Shown: positions 46,152-57,011 of the stretch, one piece after another | How positions within the stretch are numbered: the first letter of the stretch is position 1 | Layout of the letters: each line of letters starts with the position of its first letter | Assembly (NCBI GenBank): GCA_965215005.1 | Contig: CBDCCZ010000004.1 | Span: 224,001-288,000 of the forward strand | From: Kofleriaceae bacterium | GTDB lineage: Bacteria > Myxococcota_A > Polyangia > Haliangiales > Haliangiaceae | Length of the DNA: 64,000 bases | Direction of reading: 5' to 3' | Notes under the pieces: model-generated | What the model was told of the DNA's origin: nothing | Databases searched by the model: none | What the model saw: only the letters and a program-made list of their open reading frames with translations | Translations under genes and position numbers: made by a program

Positions 46152-48121
46152 CGGCGAAGCTTCTCGGCGAGTCCAGAAAACCGCTCCACGGGTCGCTGCA
46201 CGGCCCGCTCGAGCAGCGAGCGCGAGCCAACGACAACCGCGGAGCGACGCGCGCGGGTGATTGCAGTGTAGAGCATCTCGCGGGTCAGCAAAGGCAAGTC
46301 GGTGGTTGGCAGGAGGATCGTCACCTGGTCGAGCTCGGAGCCTTGGCTCTTGTGCACGGTCATGGCGAAGGCCAGCTCGAGGTGCTGACGCAGGGCATCG
46401 ATTGGGAATGGCACGAGCTCGCCGCCGCGCCCGAACACCGCGCGAAAGCTCTGGCGGCCGTCATCGTCGCGCACCCGTGCGATGACGCCCTGGTCACCAT
46501 TGAACAAGCCGCGCGCATAGTCGTTCTGGCGGATCAACACCGGCTCACCCGGATAGAACTCCGTCTGCAGTGATAACCCGGTCCCCGACAAGAGCTCCTG
46601 ATGCAAGATGCGATTGATCGCCACGGAGCCGGTGGCAAAGCGACGGGTGACGGTGAGAATGCGACTGCGCTGATAGATCGCCAGGAGCCGGCGAAGCGCG
46701 GCTTCGTCGTCAGCCGCCCAGCCGCCGTGGTGATGGCGGTACTCGTGTGCTGCCAGGGATGCCAGGTCGGGGTGCTCGGCGATGCGGGTGCGGTACCAAT
46801 GCTCCACCACTTCCAGCGGTGGCGTGTTCTCAACATATTCGATTCCGCGATATTCGAGATGCTCGAGCCGATCGCGCTGCGCCTCCAGAATGGGTTGCGC
46901 CCGTCCGAGGTTGACGGCGCGCGCGGCGGCGAGGACCGAGCGCCCACTTGGATCGGCCGGATCCATGCGAAAGCTCTTGGTGAGCCGAATCGCGGCGTCT
47001 CCGAGTCCGGCGATGAGCTCGCGCAGCACCGCGCCGGCGTCGACCGACGGCAGCTGCTCGGCATCGCCGAGAAGGATCACGCGCATGGTCGCTGGCACTG
47101 CGCGCAGCAGGCGCTCGGCGAGGCCCAGGTCGATCATCGAGGCTTCGTCGACGATCAGCAGCTCACCGGCGAGCGGGTTGTTGTCATGGTGGAAAAATCG
47201 ATCGCTGCTGGCGGAATAGCCGAGCAGACGGTGCAGGGTCTGCGCAGCAGGCAATTCGAGCAGCTTGGTGTCGCAAGGGTGGGGATCGATGAGCGTCGCG
47301 AGCGGCTCCCGAATGGCCTCACTCAATCGATTGGCGGCTTTGCCGGTGGGCGCTGCCAGGGCAATGGCGGCGGGCTGCAGACCGAGTCGGCACAGCGTGC
47401 GGAGAATCGACACCACCACCGAGGTCTTGCCGGTGCCTGGACCTCCGGAAATCACCGTCAGCGGCGCGGATGCAGCACGTCGCACCGCACTCACTTGCTC
47501 CGGCGAAAGCGCCAAGGGCATGCCGTTGCGATGGGCGGGTCGAGCCACGACTTCCTCTAACGCGCGCTCGACGTCGCCAGCCATCGCCAGCGGCCGAGCC
47601 AACAGCGCACGCAGCCGCCGCGCCAGCTCGTCTTCGCACCACAGCAAGCGATGCTGATACAGATAGTGGCCGTCGCTGATGAGCGGCGCATAGCTGCCAG
47701 GGCTGCCTATGATGCCGCTAAAGGTGGAGCCCTCGCTCAGCAGTCGGCGGATCCGTTTGAGCACTGCTTGACGGTCGAGCTCGAGCCCGCCGGCGCGAGC
47801 GATGGCGGCAATTACGCCGCCGAGATAGCCGGTTGAGGTGGTGGCGGTGGGAATGCGGGTCGAGCCGTTGCTCGCCGCGATCATGCTGGCGAGCACGAGC
47901 AGAGCCTCGGCTTCGCGCTCTTCACCGCTGAGGTGCCAGCTGCGTTGCACCAGCTCGCGCGCCAGGTACAGACTTTCATCGCCCAGGTCGTGCTCGCGAG
48001 CACCGGCAGCAACGCGCAGAAGGAACGTCTCTAGCGGATCCTCGGCTGCCGGCAGACCCCTGCTCTGGAGGTAATGCAGTCGGGCGGTGCCGGTCGCGGA
48101 GAACCCCGCGGGGCGACTCAC
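46148..48121 (-). CDS. recD: Exodeoxyribonuclease V alpha subunit
   Basis: GGPGTGKT, APTGKAA, TLHRLL, VDEASM, GLFNGD, AMTVHKSQGSE, YTAITRA; GTG start overlaps recB stop. Confidence 0.95.
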   Translation of the reverse strand: MSRPAGFSATGTARLHYLQSRGLPAAEDPLETFLLRVAAGAREHDLGDESLYLARELVQRSWHLSGEEREAEALLVLASMIAASNGSTRIPTATTSTGYLGGVIAAIARAGGLELDRQAVLKRIRRLLSEGSTFSGIIGSPGSYAPLISDGHYLYQHRLLWCEDELARRLRALLARPLAMAGDVERALEEVVARPAHRNGMPLALSPEQVSAVRRAASAPLTVISGGPGTGKTSVVVSILRTLCRLGLQPAAIALAAPTGKAANRLSEAIREPLATLIDPHPCDTKLLELPAAQTLHRLLGYSASSDRFFHHDNNPLAGELLIVDEASMIDLGLAERLLRAVPATMRVILLGDAEQLPSVDAGAVLRELIAGLGDAAIRLTKSFRMDPADPSGRSVLAAARAVNLGRAQPILEAQRDRLEHLEYRGIEYVENTPPLEVVEHWYRTRIAEHPDLASLAAHEYRHHHGGWAADDEAALRRLLAIYQRSRILTVTRRFATGSVAINRILHQELLSGTGLSLQTEFYPGEPVLIRQNDYARGLFNGDQGVIARVRDDDGRQSFRAVFGRGGELVPFPIDALRQHLELAFAMTVHKSQGSELDQVTILLPTTDLPLLTREMLYTAITRARRSAVVVGSRSLLERAVQRPVERFSGLAEKLRR

Positions 48122-51100
48122 AGCGTGTCTCCTCGAGCGAGCCGCTCGCTCGCCTCGAGCAAACCTCGCCACGTTGGTCGCTCGATATGACACCGCGGAC
48201 CGCCGCGCAGGAACTGAAAGATCAGCCCGCCACAGCGGCGCTCATAGTCGCTTTCGTCGGTGACATCGAGCGTGCGCACGAGGGCCAGGCTGTACACCAG
48301 CGCCTGCAACGTATAGCTGCTGGCGACGTGCGCCTCAATCGCGCTCGTCTCCCAGGACTCGAGGACGTCGCTCTTATAGTCGAGCAAATAGATGCGTTCG
48401 TCGCTCTCGAACAACACGTCGATGAAGCCTTTGACGTAGCCTTGCTGTCCCGCTGGCGCGATGGCAAATAGGAACTCGGTCTCGCGCAGCAAGCGCTGGT
48501 GGTGGCAGAGTGGCGGAAGCCGCAAGGTGCCGCAGTCGATCGGGCTAGTGAGCGCGTGCCACACCAGCTCCTCGGCGTGGCCGCGGTGTGCAGGCTCTTG
48601 CTGATGGCGCCGCATCGCCTCGGAGACCAGCGCAGCGACGTCGGGGTGGGCGCGAAACGCCTCAAGACTGCTATCGCGGGCGGCAGCCAGCGGGATGTGC
48701 TCGAGGACCTCGTGCAGGAACACGCCGACCGCCGCGCCACCGGGCAGCTCGTGCGCGGAAGCCGCGCCGCCTCCGAGCCGCTCTGCAAATGCGGCAGGCG
48801 CCGTGAGCAGAGCATCGCTTTGACGTTGCTCGTGCTTGAGGCGGGTGTATGAGGTGATGACGAAGCCGGCGCGCTCGCTCCGCATGCGCTCGTAGAATGC
48901 CTTGCTAGGAGCCGGTGCAGGCAGAGTCGACGGTAGCCAGCCGGCAAGGGAGCGATCGGGCGCGTTGCGAGTGCGGCGCGCATCCACGTCGACGCGGCGG
49001 CGCTCGAAGAGCTTCGCAAGTGCGGCATCGGGTGGACTTGCGGCGAGCGCGTCGGCGATGGGCACGACGCGGCGATGGATGCAGGCGTAGGCGCCGCTGC
49101 AAGACGGCGGTACCGGCAGATACAGTCGAGCTTTGGCCCGAGTGAGCGCCACGTACATCAGCCGCTCGTCCTCGCCGCGACTCTCGCTGGCAATGTGCGC
49201 CTTCACCTCATCGCTCGCCTTACCGGCATGCACCATGCGGCGGCCGGCTTCATCGTGAAATACGTTTAGCGAGTCGTTTGACGAATTGATTCCGCCATAA
49301 ATGAAGACGACGGCGGCTTCCAGGCCCTTGGCGCGGTGAACGGTCATGACCTGCACAGCGGCGCGATCACTCTCGAGCCGCTGGATGCCGGTAGTGTCGA
49401 GGGTATCTTGCTCGAGCCCATCGATCCGTCGCTGCAGGCGCATGACCAGCTCACCCAGGTCGCACCGGGTTCGCATCGTCTCCTCGAGAATCAGCTCGAA
49501 GAGATGCAGGATGTTGGTGATGGCTCGCTCGCTGCCGTCGAGCAGCAGGAGTCGCTCGATGATGCGACTATCCGCGAGGATTTGCGCGAGCAGAGACGGA
49601 TACTCCATCGCGTCGGCGAGCGCTCTCCAGTCGTGCAGACGCTGCAGCAGCGGGTGGTCATCTGCGACCTCGGCCACGCGTGGCAACATCGATAGCGGCA
49701 CGTCGAAGAATCGCGTGTTCCACGCTGCCAGCCGGACCGCTGGATCGCCGAGCTCGGCAATGGCCCGCAAGACGTCGCGGACCTCGCGCGCCTCGTTGGT
49801 CTGCCACAGCCCTTCTTGTTTGTAGATGGCGCATGGGATGCCAGCGGCGCGCAGCGCGGCGATCACGTCGTGGGACTCGGCGACCGACCGCGTGAGGACG
49901 AAGATGTCGGAAGGCTGCACTGGCTGCATCGCCCCCGGCGGGCCGACGCAGAGCCCTTCCTCGCCGAGCAGCGCGGCGATCTCGGATGCGATGGCGTTCA
50001 CGAGCGCGGCCTTGAGGCGCGGCGCGGTCGGCTTCTTCTCGGCGCTCTCCAGACACAACAGCACCGCCGGCGTGGCCTCGCCAGTCGCTGCTATGCCGGC
50101 GCCAAGCGGGGCCGCGGCGGTGACCGGATGATCGTAGCGGATGCCGCCGGAAAAGAAGGACTGGGGGTCGTTGGCGAAGATGTGGTTGTAGGCCGCGACG
50201 ACGCCGGCGGTGGAGCGCCAGTTGTCGGTCAAGTGGGTGCGGCGGCCGCCTCGCTCGAGCACCTCGCGAGTTGCTTGTAAATAGGTGAACACGTCGGCGC
50301 CGCGAAATCCGTAGATGGCTTGTTTGGGGTCGCCGATGAGCGTGAGCTGCGCGCCGCGCGCTTCGAGGAATAGCCGGCGGAAGATGGCCCACTGAATGGG
50401 ATCGGTGTCTTGAAATTCGTCGATGAGAGCGCAGCGATAGCGGCTGCGGAGCCGCTGCGCGAGCTCTTGGCCACTGGGACCTTCGAGCGCGCGCCAAACC
50501 AGGGTGAGCATGTCGCCGAAGTCGAACTGGCCGCGAGAGTCTTTGTGCGCGCGGAGGCGGGCGCGAACGACGGGCAGAAACTGCTGCGCGACCGCAGCCT
50601 GCAGCGGCACAGCGGCCGCCGCGAGCCCTTCGCACGCCTGCCGCAGCGCTGCGAGATTGCCGCCGGCCGGTAGCTTCTTGAGGAGGTAGAGGAGCACCTC
50701 GCTCGCGTTGAGTCGCTCGAGCAGCAGGAGCTCGTCGGGCGGCGACGTACTTGAGTATTCATCTAGGAGCGCGCGGAGCTGGCTGAGTCGCTTGAGGAGC
50801 GCGTTGATAGTTCCCGTTGGGACCTTTAGCTCCTTGAGGGCGCGGCGAAACACCGCATCGCCGGCGCTCAAGTCGGGAACTTCGGCGCTTGCTGCGCTTG
50901 CTGCCGCGTGCAGCGTCTCGCTCGAGAACGGCGGCACCAGCTCGGAGGTCTCGCCGAGCTTGGCGGCGCAGCGATATAAGAGCGTCTCGAGGTCGCTGAG
51001 GGATTTGACTTGGAGCCACGCCCGTAGATAGCGCCGGTGAACTGGATCGGTGGCCAGCTCGCTGCGCACGCAGTCGAGGAATGCTCGCTCGAACGCGACC

Positions 51101-51534
51101 GAGTCGGTGACTTGCTGCTGCTCAAAGAGGCGCCTGCTGGCAAAGGCGTTGTCGGTGAGAACGCCCTGGCAGAAGCCGTGAATGGTGTGAATCGCGGCGC
51201 GGTCGAAGCTGGCGATGGCGCCCGCGAGGCGGCTTCTGGCGGCGTCGTCGATGCGCCAATGCGGCTCGTCGGGAGCGGCGCGATGTTCGTTTGATTGCGC
51301 GATAGCGATTAGCAGCGCGCGGACCCGGACCTGCAGCTCGCGGGTCGCTTTTTCCGTGAAAGTGACGACCAAGATTTGCGGCAGCTCGAGGTGACCGCGC
51401 AGCAGCAAATCGACCACGCGGTGCTCGAGGAGGTAGGTCTTGCCGGTGCCCGCCGATGCCTCGATGACGTGGTTCTTGGCGGGATCGAGGCTGGCGAGCA
51501 CCCGCGGCATTGGATAGCGCACCAGCTCAGCCAT
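48118..51534 (-). CDS. recB: Exodeoxyribonuclease V beta subunit
   Basis: ASAGTGKT, VTFTEKA, DEFQDTD, GDPKQAIY.FRGAD, KGLE, YVALTRA, nuclease GFID..LLDYKS. Confidence 0.95.
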   Translation of the reverse strand: MAELVRYPMPRVLASLDPAKNHVIEASAGTGKTYLLEHRVVDLLLRGHLELPQILVVTFTEKATRELQVRVRALLIAIAQSNEHRAAPDEPHWRIDDAARSRLAGAIASFDRAAIHTIHGFCQGVLTDNAFASRRLFEQQQVTDSVAFERAFLDCVRSELATDPVHRRYLRAWLQVKSLSDLETLLYRCAAKLGETSELVPPFSSETLHAAASAASAEVPDLSAGDAVFRRALKELKVPTGTINALLKRLSQLRALLDEYSSTSPPDELLLLERLNASEVLLYLLKKLPAGGNLAALRQACEGLAAAAVPLQAAVAQQFLPVVRARLRAHKDSRGQFDFGDMLTLVWRALEGPSGQELAQRLRSRYRCALIDEFQDTDPIQWAIFRRLFLEARGAQLTLIGDPKQAIYGFRGADVFTYLQATREVLERGGRRTHLTDNWRSTAGVVAAYNHIFANDPQSFFSGGIRYDHPVTAAAPLGAGIAATGEATPAVLLCLESAEKKPTAPRLKAALVNAIASEIAALLGEEGLCVGPPGAMQPVQPSDIFVLTRSVAESHDVIAALRAAGIPCAIYKQEGLWQTNEAREVRDVLRAIAELGDPAVRLAAWNTRFFDVPLSMLPRVAEVADDHPLLQRLHDWRALADAMEYPSLLAQILADSRIIERLLLLDGSERAITNILHLFELILEETMRTRCDLGELVMRLQRRIDGLEQDTLDTTGIQRLESDRAAVQVMTVHRAKGLEAAVVFIYGGINSSNDSLNVFHDEAGRRMVHAGKASDEVKAHIASESRGEDERLMYVALTRAKARLYLPVPPSCSGAYACIHRRVVPIADALAASPPDAALAKLFERRRVDVDARRTRNAPDRSLAGWLPSTLPAPAPSKAFYERMRSERAGFVITSYTRLKHEQRQSDALLTAPAAFAERLGGGAASAHELPGGAAVGVFLHEVLEHIPLAAARDSSLEAFRAHPDVAALVSEAMRRHQQEPAHRGHAEELVWHALTSPIDCGTLRLPPLCHHQRLLRETEFLFAIAPAGQQGYVKGFIDVLFESDERIYLLDYKSDVLESWETSAIEAHVASSYTLQALVYSLALVRTLDVTDESDYERRCGGLIFQFLRGGPRCHIERPTWRGLLEASERLARGDTL

Positions 51535-54500
51535 GACGCTCCTTGCTCCAGCGCTGCAGTATCGGCTCGAGGCGGCGCAGGGCCATTTCCTCGGCATCGC
51601 GCGGCGGCTGTAGCTGGTCCCGCCGCGACACCGGCCCGTAGTCGTCCGAGCAACGCTGTTGCGAGCTCGCGACCGCAGCGATATCGGCGCGCAAGCTGCT
51701 TCCGCGGCCTTTCTCCCACTTTAGGACCACTTCGATGGGCAGCAGATATTCGTGGGTGCTGCCGAGCAGCTCGGTAGCCAGCATCGCGAGATAGTCCCTG
51801 GCCTCCTCTGGTTGCCAACGTTGAAAGCGATGCTGCTCCACGCTCTCGTCGCTCAGCACGGTGACCAGGTGCGGCTCGGGCGCCAGTTGCCCCGCCGCAC
51901 ACAGAACCACGTGATCGAACGCGCCGCGGATGGCGTGCTTGGGCTCAGGCTTGCGCGTTGCCATGACCACGGTTCCGGCGCCTCCGCCGACGACGCTGAC
52001 CCCGCCGGTGAGACTGACCCGCGTCGCGGCACTGGCACCCGCCAGCTGGCAGTTGAGCTCGATGGGCTCGAGCAGCGTTGCCGCCGCGGCGTGCTCGCGA
52101 CCGTGGCCAAAGGTCGGGCGATGAAACTGCAACGAGCTGCTGCCCACCACGCTTTCGAGTTGCTCGTGCCAGGCGTAAAGGCGCGCCAGATGGCGCTGGC
52201 GCTCGACCTCCGCAAACAGGCCCGTTGGGGCGCCGCGGCCGCGTTCGTGCAGCGTAGCGCGTTCGCGATACAGCCGGTCGAGCGCCTCGCGATCGCCGGG
52301 GCTTGCGAGTAGATGCTGGGCGAATAGCTCGCGAAGGAAACTTACCTCGCGCAAGAACTCCGTGGCGAAGGCCTCGTCCTGACGCGACGCTAAATCCTCG
52401 AGATCTCCTTCACGCAGGCGCAACACCCAGCTCGCCCACGCTTGCAGCGGCGACTCGAGAAACTTGCGCAGCGCCGAAAGCGGCAGGGTCAGCGCCGGCG
52501 GCGGCTCCGGCACCGCCAGCTCTTCGACGTCAACGAGCCCGACCAGCTGGCGCACGTCTGCAAAGGCCGGTCGCTGCAGGGCGCTTCGCAGCGCATCGTA
52601 GCTGGGCATCGCCATAGACTGCGTGGTGAGATGATGCTCGAGTTGCTCGCGCAGCGCCGCTGCCAGCCGCTGCCTCGCCGCCGCCTCAGACACGTCACTC
52701 AGTGCCTGTTGCACGGGCTCGTCGTACTGCCGCAGTGGGTGATGAATGATCGCCGACTCGCCTAGCATGGCGAGGAGCTCGGAGATGACCGGCGAGGGCT
52801 CGAGGGCGTCGCCGGTTTGCGAGTCGCGCGCCACATACGACAGGATCAGCGCGTCGCGAGCCGATAGCAGCGTCTCGAGGAATAGATAGCGGTCGCGTTC
52901 GGCGGGGGTGAGGTCGCCGGCTCGGCGCTGGGCGGCGCGGAGATCGAGCGGGCTCTCACGCTCGATCGCGGGGAATACGCCCTCGCCGAGGCCGCATGCA
53001 AAGATGACCCGAAACGGCAGTGGCCGCATGGGCAATAGCGGCGCAACCATAACACCTTCCGCGAGAAGCTCTCCAGCGGCGCTGCGAAGGCCGGCGAGCC
53101 GCTCACGCAGCAACTCACTGGCGATGCGATAGCCAACGGGACGGCCGTCGACGTCGGCAGCGGCGAGACTATCGATGGCCGTGCGACAGCGCGCCAAGCC
53201 TGCGGCTGCTTCGTCGTCATCGGCCGCTAAATAGGTAGTGGCGACGGTGTCGAGCAAGGCGCGCCACTCGGTGAGCGATAGCTTCTGCGCGCGGAGAAAT
53301 CGTGCATCGCTTATGAGCGAGCGCGCCAACACCGCGAATCGCGCGGCGCTCGGCAGCTGCGCGGGCGGTACCTCCTCGGGAAGATAGTGCCGGCCATCGA
53401 GGACGACCGTGCGGGCGAGCCCAGAGCGCTCGGCGGCCATGAATGCGCCGAACGCCAGGCGCAGGATTCCTTGATCCCAGTGAAATTTTTCGCCGGTGTG
53501 ATAGCCGCCGGTGTGATCATCGGCGTCGGCGCCGTAGTAGATATCGAGCCTCTCGCTCCACTGCACCCAGTGGCTGGGATCGACGTCGGCGAACCGGCTG
53601 ATGACGGCGGGATGACAGAGAATCGCCAGCATCTCGGGCCTGCTGAACTGCCCCAGCGGCAGCGCCAGAAGCAGCTCGAGAGCCTCGACCATTCTCCGGC
53701 CACGCTCGAGCGGCAGGTCGACGACGTGGAAGGGGAGCTGGTGAAAGGCACCGAACACGGCCGGCAGGTGCGCCTGGTAGAGATCGTGCTCGCTGCGGCT
53801 CACGTACAGGGCGACATCGCAGAAGCGTAGGGTGGGATCGCGCTGCATCCGCCGCCATATCTCGCTAGCAATGAGCTCGAGCTCACGTTGCACGCCCGAG
53901 CAGGCGTGGACCGTGATGGAGTCGTCGGCGGGAATCGGTTTCTGCGGCTCGCGAAACAGGATGTGGCGTTGCAGGCGAGTGAGCGCGCTATCGCCGCGCT
54001 GCAACGGATCGACGAAGCGCGGCTCGAAGTCGCAGTCGGTGAGCTGGTTGAGCAGGCGCACGGTCTCGCGCCCTGGGCGTCCCCATAGCCGCAGGGCAGG
54101 AGTGTCGACGTCGTCACTGGCGTTGGCTTCGCCGCGACGCGCGAGGCGCCGACGAAGCCGTTCCTCCTCCCACTCGCTGCGCACGTCTTCCCAAAATTCC
54201 ATGCACGGGTTGAGGGCGTAGACGTGGAGCTCGAGCTCTCCTGCAAGCTGCGCCAAGATGCGCTGATAGACCGGCGCCAAGTAGGAGAAGCCGATGACGA
54301 AGGCGCGCCGCGGCAGCGCGAGGTCGGCGGGATCGAGAGCGCCCAGCAGCGAGCTGGCGGCGAGCCAGCGCTCGCCGGTCTCGGCCTGCCGCTGAGCGCT
54401 GAGGCCGCCGGGGCCGAGGATCGCCAGGTACAGGGCCCGTTGCCACACCTCGACTTGGGCGAGCTGGCTGTCGCCGAGCTCGAGACGGCTCGACCAGGCC

Positions 54501-54943
54501 TCGAGCAGCTCGGGCCGAAAATCGAGATAGTCGTGAAATATGCGGGCTAGATTTCTGGCCAGCTGAACCCGCCGCAGCTCACGATCTTCGAGCTCGATGC
54601 CGGCGCTCAAGTACTCACGCACTGGCTTGAGCTCGGGCTGCGCCAGGCGCGCCTCGTCGGCGAGCGCGGCCAGCAGAAGTGCCTCTAGGCGCGCTTCATC
54701 GAGTAGTCGCACCGCTGCCTGGGGCCGCGCCAGGCTCGCGATGAACGCCTCGAGAAAGGTCATGCGTAGGCCGGCAGCCGCGCCGCGGCGGCGAGCCACG
54801 GCGAGCTTGACGTAGGCGGCGACGCTGCGGTTGGGCACGACGACCGGGGGTTGCTCGAACAAGTCGAGCCCACCGGCGCCGAGGTCGGCGCTCAGCGCGG
54901 CGGCCAACTCTTCGAAGGCGTTGCTATAGACCAAGCGCAGCAT
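51527..54943 (-). CDS. recC: Exodeoxyribonuclease V gamma subunit
   Basis: YSN..E.L, NPCMEFW, LLPMRPLPF, DRYLFLETLLSAR, SYVARD; recBD synteny. Confidence 0.93.
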   Translation of the reverse strand: MLRLVYSNAFEELAAALSADLGAGGLDLFEQPPVVVPNRSVAAYVKLAVARRRGAAAGLRMTFLEAFIASLARPQAAVRLLDEARLEALLLAALADEARLAQPELKPVREYLSAGIELEDRELRRVQLARNLARIFHDYLDFRPELLEAWSSRLELGDSQLAQVEVWQRALYLAILGPGGLSAQRQAETGERWLAASSLLGALDPADLALPRRAFVIGFSYLAPVYQRILAQLAGELELHVYALNPCMEFWEDVRSEWEEERLRRRLARRGEANASDDVDTPALRLWGRPGRETVRLLNQLTDCDFEPRFVDPLQRGDSALTRLQRHILFREPQKPIPADDSITVHACSGVQRELELIASEIWRRMQRDPTLRFCDVALYVSRSEHDLYQAHLPAVFGAFHQLPFHVVDLPLERGRRMVEALELLLALPLGQFSRPEMLAILCHPAVISRFADVDPSHWVQWSERLDIYYGADADDHTGGYHTGEKFHWDQGILRLAFGAFMAAERSGLARTVVLDGRHYLPEEVPPAQLPSAARFAVLARSLISDARFLRAQKLSLTEWRALLDTVATTYLAADDDEAAAGLARCRTAIDSLAAADVDGRPVGYRIASELLRERLAGLRSAAGELLAEGVMVAPLLPMRPLPFRVIFACGLGEGVFPAIERESPLDLRAAQRRAGDLTPAERDRYLFLETLLSARDALILSYVARDSQTGDALEPSPVISELLAMLGESAIIHHPLRQYDEPVQQALSDVSEAAARQRLAAALREQLEHHLTTQSMAMPSYDALRSALQRPAFADVRQLVGLVDVEELAVPEPPPALTLPLSALRKFLESPLQAWASWVLRLREGDLEDLASRQDEAFATEFLREVSFLRELFAQHLLASPGDREALDRLYRERATLHERGRGAPTGLFAEVERQRHLARLYAWHEQLESVVGSSSLQFHRPTFGHGREHAAAATLLEPIELNCQLAGASAATRVSLTGGVSVVGGGAGTVVMATRKPEPKHAIRGAFDHVVLCAAGQLAPEPHLVTVLSDESVEQHRFQRWQPEEARDYLAMLATELLGSTHEYLLPIEVVLKWEKGRGSSLRADIAAVASSQQRCSDDYGPVSRRDQLQPPRDAEEMALRRLEPILQRWSKERHG

Positions 54944-55133
54944 CGACAGCTAGCGCAGCATACTAGTACCCGGCCACAGGGAAGATGATCGATTCAGGCA
55001 CCTTCACCGAAGGGTGGGGAGATGCTCGGGTGCTGCCACCGCGCGAGCGGCGGCGATGGCAGGTGAGGCGTGTGGCGTGGTGGACGCGCCGCGCGGGCGA
55101 CGCGAGAGGTGGCAAACGGTGGGGCGAGCCGCT

Positions 55134-57011
55134 CTAGCCGGCTTGCTTTGCCGCAATCCAGCCGTCGACGTTGGCTTCGAGGATGGTGAGCGGCACGGCG
55201 CCAGGGGTGAGCACGACCTCGTGGAACTCGCGGATGTCGAACTTGTCGCCGAGGGCGGCGCGGGCCTTCTCGCGCAGCTCGAGAATCTTGAGCATGCCGA
55301 TTTTGTAGGCCGTGGCTTGCGACGGCATCACGATGTAGCGCTCGATTGCCTTGACCGCCTCGCCGCGCGGATCCGGCGTGTTCTTGACCAGCCACTCAAT
55401 GGCTTGCTCGCGAGTCCAACGCTTGGCATGGAGGCCGGTGTCGACTACCAGCCTCGCCGCGCGCCAGAGCTCCATCGCGAGGCGACCAAAGTCGGAGTAG
55501 GGGTCTTGGTAAAAGCCGATTTCCTTTGGCAGCAGCTCGGAATACAGGCCCCAACCCTCAATGTAGGCGGTGTAGAGGCCGGGTCCGCCCGCGTATATGT
55601 CCGGGTCGTGGAAGCGACGGAACATCGGCAGGTCGTTTTGCTCGGTGGCGATGGCGATCTGCATGTGATGCCCAGGAATGCCCTCGTGGTAAACCAGCGC
55701 TTCGAGCTGATAGGGCGGCATGTCCTTCATCTGGTGCAGGTTGGCGTAGAAGATTCCCGGCCGAGTGCTGTCGGCCGAGGGGCCTTCATAGAAGGCCGTG
55801 CCCGCGGATTTTTCTCGGTACTCCTCGACTCGCTTGACTACCAGCGGCGCCTTGGGTTTGGTGATGAAGAGCTCATCGAGTCGCTCGGTGATGCCGGCGA
55901 TGTACTGCCGTGCCTGATCGAGGTACTCGGCGCGGCCGGCCTCATCGTTGGTGAGATAAAAGCGCGGATTTTCGCGCATGAAGACGAAGAACTTCTGCAG
56001 GTCGCCCTTGAAGCCGACCTTCTTCATGATGCCGCGCATCTCGCCGTGGATGCGTTCAACCTCTTGGAGGCCGAGCGCGTGGATCTCCTCGGCGTTCATG
56101 TCGGTGGTCGTCGTCGCTGCCAGGGCGTAGTCGTAATACGCGGCGCCGTCGGGAAGCTTCCAGGCGCCGTCATCGGTGGTGGCAACGGCTTCTTGCCGCT
56201 TGGCGAGCGCGATGAGCGACTGGTACGCGGGCTTGACCGACTCGATCAATGCCTTACTGGCGCGGGCGATCAACGCCTCCTCTTCGGCGTCGGGCAGCTC
56301 GAGCGCTTGCACCTTCCGGGTAAAGTCGGCGAGGAGATCGCTCGGCGTCTTCGAGTCGTCGAATGGAGCGCCGCGCAGGATGTTGCGCGAGTCGTCGATG
56401 ACCTTGGGAAACACGAACTTGGGCGGCAGGATGCCCTTCTCCTGGCGCTCGACCATGTTCTGCTCGAGCTGCGCGAACAGCGGCTGCACGCCCTCGAGCC
56501 GCGAGATGTAGGCTTCGGCGTCGTCTACACTGTCGATCGAGTGGAAGTTCATCAAGAACGACGGCACCATCGAGTGCAGGCCGTGCATTTGATGCACGGG
56601 ATAGTCATGGAAGCGCCAGCGGAACCCTTCGAGCGCCTGCTGGGTCTCATACTCGAAGAGTTGGTAGCTCAGCCGGTCTTCGGCGCTGAGCGAATCGACA
56701 TCAAAGCGGTGCAGTTGCTCGAGGTCGGCCTTGTCCAGCTCGTGCTCTTCCTGAGCTCTGGCGTCGGAGATGTCGTCCCACTTGCCATAGCTGCCCGGCA
56801 GCTTGATGCCGAGATATGTCTGCGTGATGGGGCTGCGCGCGAGGTCTCGCTCGAAGCTCTCCTTGAAGAACGCTTGAAGGCGCTCCCCTTCGGAGGCCTG
56901 AGGAGCGGGCGCTGGCTCCACAGTGGGAGTGGGCGTAGGGCGGTCGGCTGAGCTGCCACCGCAAGCGCCGGCCGCCAACGCGATTGCGGAAACGAATACC
57001 AAACGGTTCAT
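55134..57011 (-). CDS. DUF885 family lipoprotein (putative metallopeptidase)
   Basis: AGA-C lipobox, HEGIPGHH.Q, EGWGLYSE, RAARLVVDTGLH, QATAYKIG. Confidence 0.9.
   Translation of the reverse strand: MNRLVFVSAIALAAGACGGSSADRPTPTPTVEPAPAPQASEGERLQAFFKESFERDLARSPITQTYLGIKLPGSYGKWDDISDARAQEEHELDKADLEQLHRFDVDSLSAEDRLSYQLFEYETQQALEGFRWRFHDYPVHQMHGLHSMVPSFLMNFHSIDSVDDAEAYISRLEGVQPLFAQLEQNMVERQEKGILPPKFVFPKVIDDSRNILRGAPFDDSKTPSDLLADFTRKVQALELPDAEEEALIARASKALIESVKPAYQSLIALAKRQEAVATTDDGAWKLPDGAAYYDYALAATTTTDMNAEEIHALGLQEVERIHGEMRGIMKKVGFKGDLQKFFVFMRENPRFYLTNDEAGRAEYLDQARQYIAGITERLDELFITKPKAPLVVKRVEEYREKSAGTAFYEGPSADSTRPGIFYANLHQMKDMPPYQLEALVYHEGIPGHHMQIAIATEQNDLPMFRRFHDPDIYAGGPGLYTAYIEGWGLYSELLPKEIGFYQDPYSDFGRLAMELWRAARLVVDTGLHAKRWTREQAIEWLVKNTPDPRGEAVKAIERYIVMPSQATAYKIGMLKILELREKARAALGDKFDIREFHEVVLTPGAVPLTILEANVDGWIAAKQAG

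Noticed and set aside
55014..56951. 645-aa + strand ORF
   Set aside because: Antisense shadow of the DUF885 gene.
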